A stretch of DNA of 63,156 bases, counting the filler, from Folioceros fuciformis (Eukaryota): assembly GCA_049999805.1 (NCBI GenBank). It is 3 parts of 3 records of this genome, joined end to end, with 100 filler letters (N's around TTAATTAATTAA, not from the genome) between each part and the next. Parts side by side here need not be neighbours in the genome. Positions count along the whole stretch, not along the records: positions 1 to 27,826 come from JBNGIO010005745.1; 2 more parts are not named here. One strand, 5' to 3'. The notes beneath the pieces are model-generated. The model had not been told where the DNA came from. It did no database searches and saw nothing but the letters and a program-made list of their open reading frames with translations. Shown piece after piece: positions 11,389 through 23,977 of this stretch. Numbering within the stretch: position 1 is the first letter of the stretch; every line of letters begins with the position of its first letter. A program made the position numbers and the translations under genes.

Positions 11389-13719
11389 GCCCTTTCCTAG
11401 CTTGTTGTCTTTTCCTTTGGTCACCACCTTCAGACAATGGTCCCTTAATCTGAACTTGACAAGAGAAGAGGGAGCTATGGAAACTAAGGCTCCAACGTAC
11501 AGTATAGCCTTCGAAAACGCAGAGGACTGTGACGGAAACCAAGGTACCCATGTCCGAAGGAACTGTGAGACAGGGCCCCAGGGGCCCTCTCGTGTGCAGG
11601 AGCTTCTGGATTCCTTGCTGCCAAGCGTGTCACTCGACTCGCTACTGTGTTGTGTTGGAGAAAGCAAGGCTTGTATACGGTAAGGATGGGGTCTGCCGTC
11701 TGACACTGGATTCCCTTTTATTGCTGCGAGCTGTGAGACCGGTGGTGATTTCACGAGAATTTCGAAGGAGACTGCCGGGACCATGCTTGGGCTGCTGGCT
11801 TTGCGCCTGCTGCAATGCTGTGGACAGTGCGGCTAACCGTCAGGCACTTGTCAGGCTCGAGCACAATTCCTCTCGCTGGTTGTGTGTCTTGGAGAACTTT
11901 CCACGGCCTGCTAGTAAAACTACAATTATTTGTATTGTTAAGGCCGTTCCTTGACAGACACAACTGGCCCGCCCTTGCCCAGTACTGAATCGGACCTCCT
12001 CGGCCTCGGGGCGCGCACCAACGACAAAGTGGAGGAAAGCAAGGATCTTTGTTTGCGCGGGGACGATGCACAATACATGCAAGACAACCTCATATACACA
12101 CAGAGAGTCATGCAAACCACGTGCATACATACCACGTGGATGGGCTGCCTGCCCCAAGCATGAAGCTTCCAAGCGTGGCTAAAAAGGCTTTAACAAGAAT
12201 TGCTCGCTCCATTTGAGCCACGAATAGATCAGATGTAATACACAACCACACTCATACATTCCATACCCATAGCCAGGAAGTGCAGGCCAGATCCATTTTT
12301 ACTAACGTAACGTTCAAGCGATCCTCCATGGATCCACGTGCTTGCCAGTTCGGCACTGTTGCACTGTGTAGCAGTGTGAACCATTCCGTTTAAATCTGGA
12401 TTTCAGAGATGTATGCGCCACGAAGCCTGCAGAAATCAGTTCGCGATCGGTCAAAATCGATCAAAGGGCAGGCCTGGGCTTCTCATGTGCATTCCAGTCC
12501 CGTGTCAGCGCTCCAAACTCCCATCCTGGAAGGCTTCGTGCAGAACAGGTGAAAGTTGATCCGACCACAGCTTTCAATCCAGACTGATGAGTCTGGAAGC
12601 CCAGTTGGGCAGCTTACAATCCAGTGCGTCGCCTTGCCAGTCGCAGCAACGTGGTTTTCGCTCTCCTCACACACACAGGCCTCCACGGGTTAGCCTTCCG
12701 AAACCGCCGGTTACAATCCTCCGCTCACTTGCCGCCAAACAAGTTGTGCGCAATGCGCTTGGGCTTTGCCTCGTACACGCACCTCCCCGAGTTGCTGCCG
12801 TCCCCCGCATCAGAAACGTTGGATCCCTGCACAGCCACAGCGTATCCACAGAAAACACTCGACCCAGCCTGAGAACCTGAAGTGTACCTGAAGCAACGCA
12901 TCTGCTGCGGGACCCTGCAGATGGGAGCCGGCAATATGCAGCCCGGCGGGCTCTTGCTCGGACTTGACGGCAGCCGAGCGCAGCGACGTCATGAATAGCC
13001 TGCTTTCTGTGGCCAGAATCCTGCACGTGGCTGTATCGCCTGACATCCCGAGGGCTCACCCAGCATCAGCGCTGCAACGGAGATAATTGCCGAGTAGCGA
13101 AGGCACGACGCACGCGCTGTGTGCATTTGCCATTGCTCGCTTGTTCGTCACGGGGAGATGCTATCCATCACCCAAGCTGTCTAGCGCTGTGGATTTCTGT
13201 CGCATCGGAACTCCATCCCTCCATTCCGCAGTATGAATTACCTCAGATCTTGGGACCGGGGAATTGCCAGTTTCTACTCTCCATCATCGGTATCACAAGG
13301 ATCATTGGTATTACAAGGATCATTGGCAAACTTCATTCAATGGCCACTTCAGCCTTCGAGAAAGCACACCAGCGAACAGGCAGTGACTGACCGCTGCACA
13401 GTCCCTTCAGTGTAGTCACAGGTTGGCTTTGCCCTGCCCTTCATCACTGAGTTCCTTGAGAGTTTAAGGACGACTTGAACATATTTTACGAACCCGTCCA
13501 CAGAACGATGGGTTTTTGATAGCTTGAGGAATCCTGCTACTCTGACCAGGATGACGATAAGCGGCATTTTGAAAAGACAGGCACGCATCGGACCACATGC
13601 ACGAGTGCAACGACAGTGAACAGACCGATACCAGTCCACAGTCACCACAGTCACTTGTACAGGTATGTGTAATTGATTACACAAGCGTTGGAACACGCTT
13701 CACATGGTTCATTTGACAC

Positions 13720-15783
13720 TCAGTGGGTAGCAGCATCGTGGTAATCAGACATGAAAGAAATCATTATCACCAACAAGATAAATCCAAGGATCACAAAATT
13801 AAAGGAGCTGAACCTCCGTGGATCATCCTGGTCACATCGCCCAACTTCCTCCTCCTCTTGCGTTGGCTCTATGCTGCGGCTCTGGCCTTCCATGCAGGTG
13901 GAAGCAGTGGAGCAGATTGTGCAGCAGCAACTCCCACCCACCAGCAGAGGGACTCGATCCACCCCACCCAAGCGTTCTCCAAGAAGGCTCAGATAATTGT
14001 CGCCTTCCATGTGTATCTTTCGACGGGTTACTGGCTTCAGCACCTGGTGTGCCAGGAACAAGAACCTTGTTACAGTTGGTCTTCCTTAGGAGGAATGCAT
14101 TTGATGAAAGGCGGGAACAGCACCTGGATCACTGCGTTGGCAATCACTCTGACAACGGCTGGAAGATTGATGACAAACAGAGTTGCGAGCCGAGTGGGAT
14201 AATGCTCTTGCACAAGAAGAGAGCAAGACTTCATCATGCCCCCGGGAAACCCTATAGCATGTGTTCCGTCGCAATCCATTATGACAGTTACCCTGGGATC
14301 GCTTTTATGGAGAAGATGCAAGATTCCGTATTCCACCTGAGAAACTGGGAACAGTAAAGGCGAGGGTCTGTTAGACGGCTTCACACCATAATGCAACCTA
14401 TCAGAACGCCTGGAACCCGAAAACATCCACTAGCGATCTTTCTCAAGGAAGAAGAACCCCAAAAATCAGAACCCATCACTAACATCTCCAATGGAAAGGA
14501 GACCCGGAATACAGGACAGACAAGATACAGGCACAACAGAAAAATACCCACTGCCTGGGCAAAGCGAGGACGATCATTCGCACTCAAGGTGGCATATGCC
14601 TGACCAAGCCGAATAACCAACACCGGCCTCAACTCAGAGTCACGGTCATGCCAATACACAAGACTTGACCATGAATCTAACTCCCGGGGTGACAGAAAAT
14701 AATATGTTTCACGCCATATCAAGGTCTTCTTGACAACTTGAGGAAATCGTTCAAGATCGTTGTTTACTGCCACCAAAAACCGCTCCAACTCATCGTCATC
14801 CAACCTGGAAATGTGAACCCTGTTCAGTTGAGAAGGAATACACAGTCCCCCGCATTTGAGACCTAAACCCGGAGCACTCAATCCCAAAAGAGACAACAAA
14901 GCACGAACCTCTCTGTCAGAGCAAATCCCTCCTCCTCTAGGACTTGCTTCAAAGCTTCAAGTTCCTTGGAGCTTTTGTGTTTTACCGAACTGCTCTCCAC
15001 TTCCCTTCCACTGCCATCAGTTTTACCAGGTTCTCGTTAGGAAACCAAAAGTCCTCTTAAAAAACATGAAACACCATGCTTGCCAAAATGCACAGCGAGT
15101 CACAATCTAGGGAGTGCCTCTGCTTGTCACCAGCAAACACAATGGCACGTAGGCATGGTCGTCAACATACAAATGCTTCAAGAAACAACACGACGAGAAC
15201 CCGTGCTTCTACGACCCCGAAAACAAGCTCACGACGATTGCCTCACGCTCCTTCACACATTGGCGGAACATGTTAGCTGAAACACGAGAAAGGCAGTAAA
15301 GAGAACATACCTTTCCTCTGTATGCACGTCCGTGAGATGAGTGACGCGTCGCTGTTCATCATAAGAGCTTGTGAAAGTGGTAGCAATAGAAAGAAAGAGC
15401 ATAGGTTTCGAGAGGCCCTGCAAACAGCAGATCAACGCGCTTTAAGGACAGGTTCCGACACGTCCCAGCAGCACCACACCAGCTCGACACCGGTGTCATC
15501 CTAAGGGCTAACTGTTTTGCAACCAGCAGCGAGTGCGCTTCAGGAGGCACCGCACTCTATGTGCTGAAATATCAAAACCCATCTCATCCTCCACACCACA
15601 AACCTGCGTGCATTGCGTCAAACGTCGCACATGCTGCCATTTCTGCAGCCACTTGAAGGGCAGCGTTTGCAACAACGAAATTCCCTGCAATCCCCACCAC
15701 AGGGGTCGGCACTTAGCATTGGAGCCCCGTCTGAGGGCCTCCAAGGCAACTACCTTTGCAAGAAACAAGAGCGCCTGGTCCAT
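13720..15783 (-). CDS. Sec14/CRAL-TRIO domain lipid-binding protein, multi-exon, with C-terminal hydrophobic tail
   Basis: Exon 1 MDQALLFLAKVVALEALRR..KC (GCCATGG start context); LDDDELERFLVA..KKTLIWRE..YWHDRDSELRPVLVIRLG; VTVIMDCDG..LVQEHYPTRLATLFVINLP; LGGVDRVPLLVGGSCCC; hydrophobic C-terminus. Confidence 0.85.
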
Positions 15784-16310
15784 GGCCGCTCATCCGCGAG
15801 CGACCACCACTAAGAATCCCATAATTCAGTCTCCCCGTCCAACCCGACACTAAGTGAGCAAGCCAAGCCCCTGGCTCTGGAGATCCACTTAGGTCGAGGC
15901 GAAGAAGCCCCACTCTCTTGAAACTACGAAGGCCTGGTTCCTCCTCGGAATCCTAAACAACCGAGCTGCGACCAACCCGGACTAGCCTGAGCTCCGATCA
16001 TCCTCCGACTATACAGTGCGCAGCCAGTCTCACAATCTGTCCGTCCCACGTGCGCCAGCTAGGGGCCACCACATCAGCAGTCTGCCGACTCACCGTCTCG
16101 TAAAAGCCAGCCTGCAGTTCTCGCCACAGGAGCTCGTTTGAGCCTCTCGCTTGACCTATGTACATACCCTCGTCTACATACGTACAAAAGATACGTGGCC
16201 GGGCCTATCCCCATCGCCGCCAGATGCAGTTTTGCCCCCTTACATACATACATACAGTACAGGACATCAACTTTCAGCCAGGCGCCAGGAAGCACACACC
16301 TTCACTTCAC

Positions 16311-16586
16311 TGACAACACTGGCCCTCTTTGTGACATGGAAATGGCTGGAAATAACAGGGCTTCGATGTCGGCAGGCTGTCTGAAATACGGCAGCTGGAG
16401 GTGCTCGTGGTGGGCTTGGATAATTGTTCGAATCCAGTTCTTGACAACACAGTCCTCTTTGTGACATGGAAATGGTTGGAAATGGTTGGAAATGACAGGG
16501 CTTCGATGTCGGCAGGTTGCCTGAAATCCGGCAGCTGGAGGTGCTGAAGGTTGGCTTGGGAGATTGCTCGAATCCAGTTCTTGACA
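16311..16586 (+). repeat. Tandem duplication (~131-145 bp units) within a decayed F-box paralog
   Basis: Two adjacent similar copies of TGACAACAC..CCTCTTTGTGACATGGAAATGG..CGAATCCAGTTCT. The second encodes LPEIRQLEVLKVG, homologous to TSEIRQLETLKVG near 19335. Confidence 0.85.
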
Positions 16587-17011
16587 TGGCCTAAACTTCT
16601 GGCAGGAAGAACAATCTTTTGATTCCGTTATCATCCGAAACGCTTTATCACCAAACCAGTAATGCAGAGGTACAATCGCCTCACAGCACGGACGAAGAAA
16701 CAGAGCCTTTTCATCCACTACCGAGATCTCAGTTTCCGGTTCGTTTCCTCTTGTCGAGAAAGGTAGCACAAGAGGTGACACCACATGAGCAAACTCGAGG
16801 GATATTCTTGACAGGACCTGGAACAGGTAGAAGCGTTTCTCCTGGTTTCGACGTCAACTGGGTGGTAACTCCATGGACAATCTTACCTAACTGATTCACA
16901 AACCCAAACTTCCAAGATTAATCCGTAAATTTACACGGCTCAGCATTGTGGGCTTTCCAGACTCCCACAGCTCCAACGTGAACTCAGAGAACGTGTGATG
17001 GGAGACAACAT

Positions 17012-17062
17012 ATACCCCATATGGTAGAGAAAAAACATGGGACCCCGTCCGTGGTACATATT
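17012..17062 (+). promoter_or_regulatory. Putative snRNA promoter (USE-like element plus TATA-like box)
   Basis: ACCCCATATGG about 70 bp upstream of U2 (8/11 match to the plant USE RTCCCACATCG) and TACATAT at about -30, the Pol II snRNA spacing. Confidence 0.5.
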
Positions 17063-17085
17063 CCAGATTGTTCCCCAACGGAGGT

Positions 17086-17282
17086 ATACCTTTCTCGGCC
17101 TTTTGGCTAAGATCAAGTGTAGTATCTGTTCTTATCAGTTTAATATCTGATACGTGGGTCATCGACCCACATGATATTAATCTAATTTCTTTCAGGGGCA
17201 GTGCCGTACGAGGTAGCTTGCTGTCTCGGACCTGCGCGCGTCGCTTTGGTATTGCACTGTGTCCATCGCCTGGCGCACCCCA
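17086..17282 (+). ncRNA. U2: U2 spliceosomal snRNA
   Basis: ATACCTTTCTCGGCCTTTTGGCTAAGATCAAGTGTAGTATCTGTTCTTATCAGTTTAATATCTGATA is the plant U2 5' end, with branch-site recognition GTAGTA and loop IV ATTGCACT; about 197 nt. Confidence 0.97.
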
Positions 17283-17399
17283 CCCACCCGAATGAAACAA
17301 TGAAGGACGCTCTCTCCATAACTGGGGCGTACTCCACCCACGCTAAGAAACAAAAAATACTAATAGTAGAGGGAATGACCAGTAGGTTTTCGGTGAACA

Positions 17400-17880
17400 C
17401 TTCGAACAAACCTATTATGGAATGCTCTTCCTTCCCTTCGCACCAATTGTTAAATGCATGCAAGTGACGATGAGGATACGGAGCCGAGGGCTTGGAAGAG
17501 GACACGATGGATTTTGGGTTAGAAAGGAGCTCATACGTCTTGGGATTCCTTCCCCCGGAGAATTTGCTGGAAATTCTCTTGGAGCTGAAGATGGAAGGCG
17601 AAGCGGATGATCACCGTGGATGGTGCAACCTGTTGGGTGATGCAACGAGGAACCATAAACTCCGCTTGTGCAGGCACGTGGTGGGTTACAATATTCCAGA
17701 CAGTTGGTGGCATCTCATTTGCCAAGGTGCGCACAGGCTTTTCTGCAGCAATTTGTACCATTCAAGCCAACAAGTGATAACGTTGCTTGGAAAGGACGAC
17801 AAGTGTTCGTTCATCCAAACAGCCAAGGACATTCTGAAAGAAGCTCTGGCCAGGTTTCCAGTTCAGTTGGTTGGGTAGAA
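17400..17880 (+). pseudogene. Fragment of an F-box-associated (kelch-like) domain, paralogous to 20100-20500
   Basis: CRHVVGYNIPDSWWHLICQGAHRLFCSNLY aligns with CQHVVGYDILDTTWSLVCQGVPGFFSSN*Y; frameshifted relative to that copy. Confidence 0.6.
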
Positions 17881-18833
17881 CCTCGGACAGGAAGAAGCAC
17901 CCCACAGTGTCCAGAACGCTGCCGGCATCAAGCATTCATGCTTGAGCACTGGAGAAGCACAAACTTATCCACCACCTCCCCTTTACACATGAGATGTTCC
18001 ACGATCCAGAGCTTCCCAAAGACAGGCCGCAGAAAACAACAACAAAGCAACAGGCTTCAGACAATGCGATCTACCAAAAGCCAACAAGTGCCTAGACTTG
18101 GTACGAAGCCTTCAGCATTTCCATGCCCTCTGTCCGGCTGCCACCAGAGTAGACCATGTAAGGCTTGAAGTCCTTTTCAGATATAGCAATGCTTTTTCAA
18201 GAAAAGGTGACCTACACCAACGCTTAGCAAGTTTCCGAAGGCAGGGGAAGGATGACAAAGACACCCTGCACGCCTGAGAGGGGAACAAACAAGCCAGCCC
18301 TAAGCCACAAGCAGAACACACACAACCAAGCCAGCTACTTCATCTCCTCCACCCATCCGTGCTCTGGCAAGGAACAGATGCATCGAGTGCACATGACACG
18401 GAGTAAGGTCGCCAGGAGCTCGGGCCAAGGCTGGGTGCAGATCGACCAGCCCTCCGCCATTGTTCGCTGTGCACATAGCTGAAACGTGAAACAGACCTGA
18501 ACTAACTGAACATTATCAAGAAACGTATGTGCAACCTATTTAGACCTAACGCCCGCCGCTTAGCCCCTTTGCATATGACCGACAGAATGGCCTACCTATC
18601 CGCCGAGCCTGCATCCAAAAAAAAAAACAAAACAAAAAGAGACTTTATTATTCGTGAAATTTTGAATTTTCTGGCACATTAGGCCGTGGAAATGGCATCA
18701 TGTACCCGGGTTTGACAATCTGAAATGGCTCTCTTTCGCGCCAGAACTGGGAACTTCAAGGACACCGAGCCGAACTCCCACGTGTTTTCTGACCGTCTGT
18801 CCGTTCGACGGATGGGAGGATCGCAACGGAGGG

Positions 18834-20600
18834 ATGGATTTCCTGAGCTCGCGTCTTCGCAAAGCTAGGGATGAGTGCAATCGAAGTTCGGACTCGTCGG
18901 ACTCTTCTGTGGACCATGATTTTGGGGAGAACAGGACTGCACGCGCGAATGCTTGCGAGGACACAGCAGAATCGACACGCGAGACTTGCTCGATGTGCGG
19001 GAGATGGTCCGAGGAACCCCATTTGCTACTGCATGCCTTGGAAGGTCGGTTGGCGGAACCGTTGGATTTGGACGGCGTGGAGTTGACGCCTTTGTTGTGG
19101 GAGCTCGGCTCACTGTCCTTGGAGTGTCTCCACCACATTCCGGCCGGGGTTCCAATGGGCAGCCGGGTTCGCTTCTCCGTTGTTTCGAAGACGTGGCTAT
19201 CCCTCTTGTCATCTACGGATTCCAAGGTCTTGTGTACTTCCGTGTAGCCTCCACCACTTCCGGTATGCAGCCTGTAGTACCAGCCATCCAAGCTGGCTCC
19301 GTGCAAGCTGCGCGCTTCCGATTTCGCCAGGACCTCTGAAATCCGGCAGCTGGAAACTCTCAAGGTTGGCGTGGCCTGTCTTCCTGCAGAATTCCAGGCT
19401 CTGCACAAACTAGGCTGTGCAGGACGGATTAGTTTGCATCTTCAAGGATTTCAGGTAGAAGCCTGAAAAATCTGAGTTTGAGAACATTTGGCTGAAAAAA
19501 TGCAAGCTTGAATCTCTCAAATACAGAAACCTCAAGGTTGAACCTCAGCCTCCCCAGATGCTTGTATCTCATTCATACGGCGCGGGGGTGAGGGATGGAG
19601 ATGTGGGTGATGAAGATGAGGACGAGGAACAGGGCCACGACGACGAGGGGTGTATCACAGCAGAAGAAGAGGATGCTGAATACCTGCATTATCAATTCGA
19701 TGAGAACTTTCGGCATTATAATGAGGAGGATCACAATTGATTCAGCTTTCGTCGTGAACGTATGTTGGGCAGCAGCGAGAGGGCACTAGGTGTGGATTTC
19801 TGCGTTGCTAATCTTATCGTGGGCACGCATCTACAGTTCCAAGGAGAACAGGCTGCTGGAAATCTACCGCCCTGACTGAGCCACTTGGTTTTCCCTTCAA
19901 GTATGACTACGATGACTCAAACTGTCCTCAGTATGTTCTGTGCAATGGGGGACTGTGACAAGCAGAAGGTGACAACTGTGTGAAAATTCAATGTCTCAGA
20001 GGTGGCCAAGTTATTTGGAATGGGAGATGGAAAGACGCAAGGGTTTACGAAAGTGTTGATGAAATGACAACGAATTCACGAGTTATCCGAAGGATTTACT
20101 GCCATGAACAAGCCTCCGGGCAGGATAAATTGGACTTCGGGGTTTCGGAGCTGGAAAGGACATCATATATCTGGCGGAAGGTCTCGTTTCTGCGTAAGTG
20201 TGTGCAGAAAAAGCTCCTAAAGCCTGTGAAGTACCAGCCGAGGAAAGATAACTTGGAGTTAGTAAAGCAGAAGGCGGAGTGGAGGATTATCCTGGATGGA
20301 GCAACCTTGTTGAGTGATACAATGTACGTCACCATTGGTATTGGGTCCCGGGAGTATCATGAACTCCTTTCGTGCCAGCACGTGGTGGGATACGACATAC
20401 TGGACACCACATGGAGTCTCGTTTGCCAAGGCGTGCCTGGGTTCTTCAGCAGCAACTAGTACATCTCCTCGGACCGAGTTATGTCGTTGTTTGTCAAGGA
20501 CCCGTTGCCATGCCTGAGATCTGTCAAGTGGGTATCCAAGCAGGTAAGTTCCTGCTGTTGGAAGAACTGCCCAATTTGTTTGTTTTTGAGTTGATTCGGC
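18834..20600 (+). pseudogene. F-box protein pseudogene
   Basis: F-box motif LSLECLHHIPAGVPMGSRVRFSVVSKTWLSLLSS followed by in-frame stops (TAG 19245-19247); downstream kelch-like segment with TAG at 20457-20459. Confidence 0.65.
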
Positions 20601-21256
20601 GGAACCTCAGACCGGAGGGAAGCAACCGACAGTGTTTAGAAGGGCGGCCAATTGTTTCCTTCAGCAAGGTTTGAGGCAATCACTGTTGAGAACTTGAGAA
20701 GCACGAAAATAGTATCCTCCGCTTTCCTTCGACCTTGTATAGGGTATGAATGGCATGCTCCAGCTGTCTATGCTGGAAGTCGTGTCGCAAGATTTCAATA
20801 AAATTGGCCAGAAGAATGTGCATCTGAGACATCCTGATTGAAACCAAGCATAGATGTAACGGGTTGGTTGGCAATTGACGGTAATCACAACACAGAGCGC
20901 CGACAAGGCACTTCTCAATCTGATATGCCAACAAGTTGTGGGACTCGGTACGCGCGCCCCCTTCAGCATGTCCACGCCTTTTGTCAGGCTTGCAGAGAAA
21001 ACCATGTAATGTAACTATGCTATATACAGTATATGGCTTTGTACAGTCTATTACCTGCGGCTTCTGTTGTTTTCCATCAAAAGCGGGGAAATAGTGGCTT
21101 TTCCCCCAGTTCTGCAGAACTGCTTCCAAAGTTGTACAGAGACCAATTTCGAAGCAAGCAGCGGGGCGGCGATTCTGGAATTGTGGTAATGCTCTCCGGG
21201 AATTTGAAGTATGTCCGACTCGCTCCGTGAGCCGCGAGGGGAAAGGGCGTGAAGGG

Positions 21257-23785
21257 ATGGACTCCAAGTGTGGGGCAGAAGGTGTGCAAGTAGAGGGAGC
21301 TTTTATAGGAGTTGGCTGCAACAGAATAGTTGGAGCCGCAGCATGGGGTCCTTCAGGACTCGTTGCGTTTGGGGCTCATCATGCTGTTGCTATTCTTGAC
21401 CCCGAGCAAGCCAAAATTTTGCTGAGTCTCCCTGGTCACCATGACCTAGTGAACTGCGTCGAGTGGCTTCCTCGTTATTCTTGTCAGCTAGAGGAGCATG
21501 GTGAACTGTTGTTGCTATCTGGAAGCGCCGATGGTGCCATAATCGTGTGGGGGTACAAGCCAGTGGAAAGGAAGTGGAGGCGAGCTTGTGAGCTGGGAAA
21601 AGCTCATGTCAAAGCAGTCACTTGTATCTCTGGTCTTGTTTTGTCTCCTTCCACTGCTTTGATAGCCTCCAGCTCATCGGATGGAGCTGTACGAGTTTGG
21701 TCGCTGGTACGGACTCCAGCATGCTCTGTGTCCTTGCTTCAGAGTATTACAGTTGGCTCCAGGTCAATCGTGGCTGTGGCACTTGCGGCTCTCGTTGGTA
21801 GCCAAGGAAATTTTATCTTGGCGTTGGGAGGCCTGGACAGCCAGATATATGTATACATTGGTAAAGCAACTGGAGGTTTCTCATTAGCTTGCGAGCTGAA
21901 GGGACATCAGGATTGGATTCGTGGCCTTGATTTTTCCTTCCCCTTTGCAGAGGAAGAGGGAGCTACTCTTTATCTGGCCAGTTGCGCACAGGACAAGTAT
22001 ATCAGAATCTGGAAGATTGTCCCTAGGGATAGGTCGAGGGAGGTGCAATCCACAAGAGTCAGTCTGAAAACCTATATTGATGGACCGGTTTTCAGAGTCG
22101 ATGAAGGAACGTACCAAACGTCTGTAGAGTCTGTTCTCGCAGGTCACGAGGACTGGGTTTACTCTGTCCGCTGGAAACCCCCTGTTCAAGGTGATAGAGG
22201 AAGCGTGAGCCAGTCCATGTGTGTGTTGTCGGCCTCCATGGATCGGACCATGATGATATGGACACCCGTGTCCAAATCTGGAATATGGTTGAATGACGTA
22301 AATGTCGGGGAGCTTGAGCATACAGCTCTAGGATTCTATTCCGGTTTATGGAGTCCACATGGAGACGCAATTCTGGCTCATGGGTACGGTGGTTCTTTAC
22401 ATCTTTGGAAAGACATCAGCTTACGAGGAGACTGGCAACCTCAAATAGTGTCCTCTGGACATTTTGCTCCAGTTGTCGATCTGGCTTGGGCCACCACTGA
22501 TGAGTTTTTGCTTTCTGTAAGCCATGACCAAACTGCTAGGGCATTTGCCTGGTGGAATAGAAGCACATCAAAAGGCATATCAACTTTATGTGCATGGCAT
22601 GAGATTGCTAGGCCGCAGATTCATGGTCATGACTTGAATTGTCTAGCTGTAATCAAAGGGAAGGGCAATCACAGATATGTGAGTGGGGCTGAGGAGAAGG
22701 TTGCCAGGGTTTTCGAGGCTCCTTCAGCATTCTTGGATACTCTTTCTGGCGTTTCAGGGTTAGAAACCTCTACAGAATATATTAGGAGGACTGATGTGTT
22801 GGCGCTCGGGGCAAACATGTCTGCCTTGGGTTTGTCTCAAAAGCCAATATATGTTCAAGGCCAGGGTAGACATGGTGGGGACAACGTGGCAGATAGCCTA
22901 GATACCATGGGGCCATTACCTCAGGCAGAACCATGTGTCGTCACACAGCCACCCCTTGAGGAACATTTAGTGCAAAACACACTGTGGCCAGAATCCCATA
23001 AGCTTTATGGACATGGAAATGAGCTGTTTTCTATGTCCTGCAATTATGCAGGAAGCCTTCTAGCTACAGCTTGCAAGGCATCAAGTGCAGATTTTGCTGA
23101 TATTTGGCTGTGGCAAACTGGTTCGTGGAGGCCCACTGGGCGCCTTCATTCTCATACACTAACCGTCACTCAATTGGAATTCTCGCATGATGACAGATTT
23201 CTGCTTGCAGTATCTAGAGACCGTCATCTTTCTGTTTTCCAACTCAACACATCATCTGAACCGCTTGACGAAGCTCCTTACAGATTGATATTCCGGAAGG
23301 AAGCCCATAAGCGAATAATCTGGGCTTGTGCTTGGAGTCATTGTGACAAGATGTTTGCAACTGGTTCACGAGATAAGTCAGTCAAGGTTTGGGCTGTTGA
23401 GCAAGCTCAGGAAGTACAAGTGAAATTGGTCACCAGTCTGCCACTGTTCGGGAGTAGTGTCACCAGTCTTGCCTGGTGCCCAAGTTTGCCCGATAAACAA
23501 TACCAAGTACTCGCCGTTGGTTTGGAAAGCGGACTGTTAGAATTATGGAAAGGAGCCTTTGAAAGTTCTGCTGGTGCATCACCGCAAAGTCTCGGGAAGC
23601 TTGAGATGAGGTGTTTGATCAGGATTGATGAACACTTGTGTCATGTAGCAAGTGTCCATCGTTTGAGCTGGAGCAGTAAGATCGAGGAAGACACTGACGA
23701 CGAGGGCAGGAAAGCAGCGTTATTGAAATTGGCATCGTGCGGAGCCGATTTTTCTGTTAGGATTCTATACGTAGGCTTGCACTAG
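21257..23785 (+). CDS. ELP2: Elongator complex protein 2 (WD40), single uninterrupted ORF
   Basis: FIGVGCNR..., LKGHQDWIRGLDF, LAGHEDWVYSVRW, WHEIARPQIHGHDLNC, GAEEKVARVF, GANMSALGLSQK, LWPESHKLYGHGNE, EAHKRIIW: diagnostic ELP2 motifs. Confidence 0.97.
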   Translation: MDSKCGAEGVQVEGAFIGVGCNRIVGAAAWGPSGLVAFGAHHAVAILDPEQAKILLSLPGHHDLVNCVEWLPRYSCQLEEHGELLLLSGSADGAIIVWGYKPVERKWRRACELGKAHVKAVTCISGLVLSPSTALIASSSSDGAVRVWSLVRTPACSVSLLQSITVGSRSIVAVALAALVGSQGNFILALGGLDSQIYVYIGKATGGFSLACELKGHQDWIRGLDFSFPFAEEEGATLYLASCAQDKYIRIWKIVPRDRSREVQSTRVSLKTYIDGPVFRVDEGTYQTSVESVLAGHEDWVYSVRWKPPVQGDRGSVSQSMCVLSASMDRTMMIWTPVSKSGIWLNDVNVGELEHTALGFYSGLWSPHGDAILAHGYGGSLHLWKDISLRGDWQPQIVSSGHFAPVVDLAWATTDEFLLSVSHDQTARAFAWWNRSTSKGISTLCAWHEIARPQIHGHDLNCLAVIKGKGNHRYVSGAEEKVARVFEAPSAFLDTLSGVSGLETSTEYIRRTDVLALGANMSALGLSQKPIYVQGQGRHGGDNVADSLDTMGPLPQAEPCVVTQPPLEEHLVQNTLWPESHKLYGHGNELFSMSCNYAGSLLATACKASSADFADIWLWQTGSWRPTGRLHSHTLTVTQLEFSHDDRFLLAVSRDRHLSVFQLNTSSEPLDEAPYRLIFRKEAHKRIIWACAWSHCDKMFATGSRDKSVKVWAVEQAQEVQVKLVTSLPLFGSSVTSLAWCPSLPDKQYQVLAVGLESGLLELWKGAFESSAGASPQSLGKLEMRCLIRIDEHLCHVASVHRLSWSSKIEEDTDDEGRKAALLKLASCGADFSVRILYVGLH

Positions 23786-23977
23786 GGAGAATCTTGAGAT
23801 GCCAGCTCCCAAATTAGCAGAACTGTAAAGCTTGTGGTCAGCTTGTTCCACTAGGTAGCGTAAAGAAAGACGTACATCAAGCCTTCTTTAATGTGTCACA
23901 GGGAGGTTCTGGCACACTGCCCTACCCCGTTAATTCAAATAGATTAAGTGGCAACGACCACCGTTCGTGCTTACGGT

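Noticed and set aside
11402-13100. Short ORFs with a few splice-like sites, a possible small gene
   Set aside because: I could not assemble a coherent spliced ORF or recognise a family.
18698-19408. 236-aa minus-strand ORF
   Set aside because: Antisense shadow of the F-box pseudogene with no recognisable motif.
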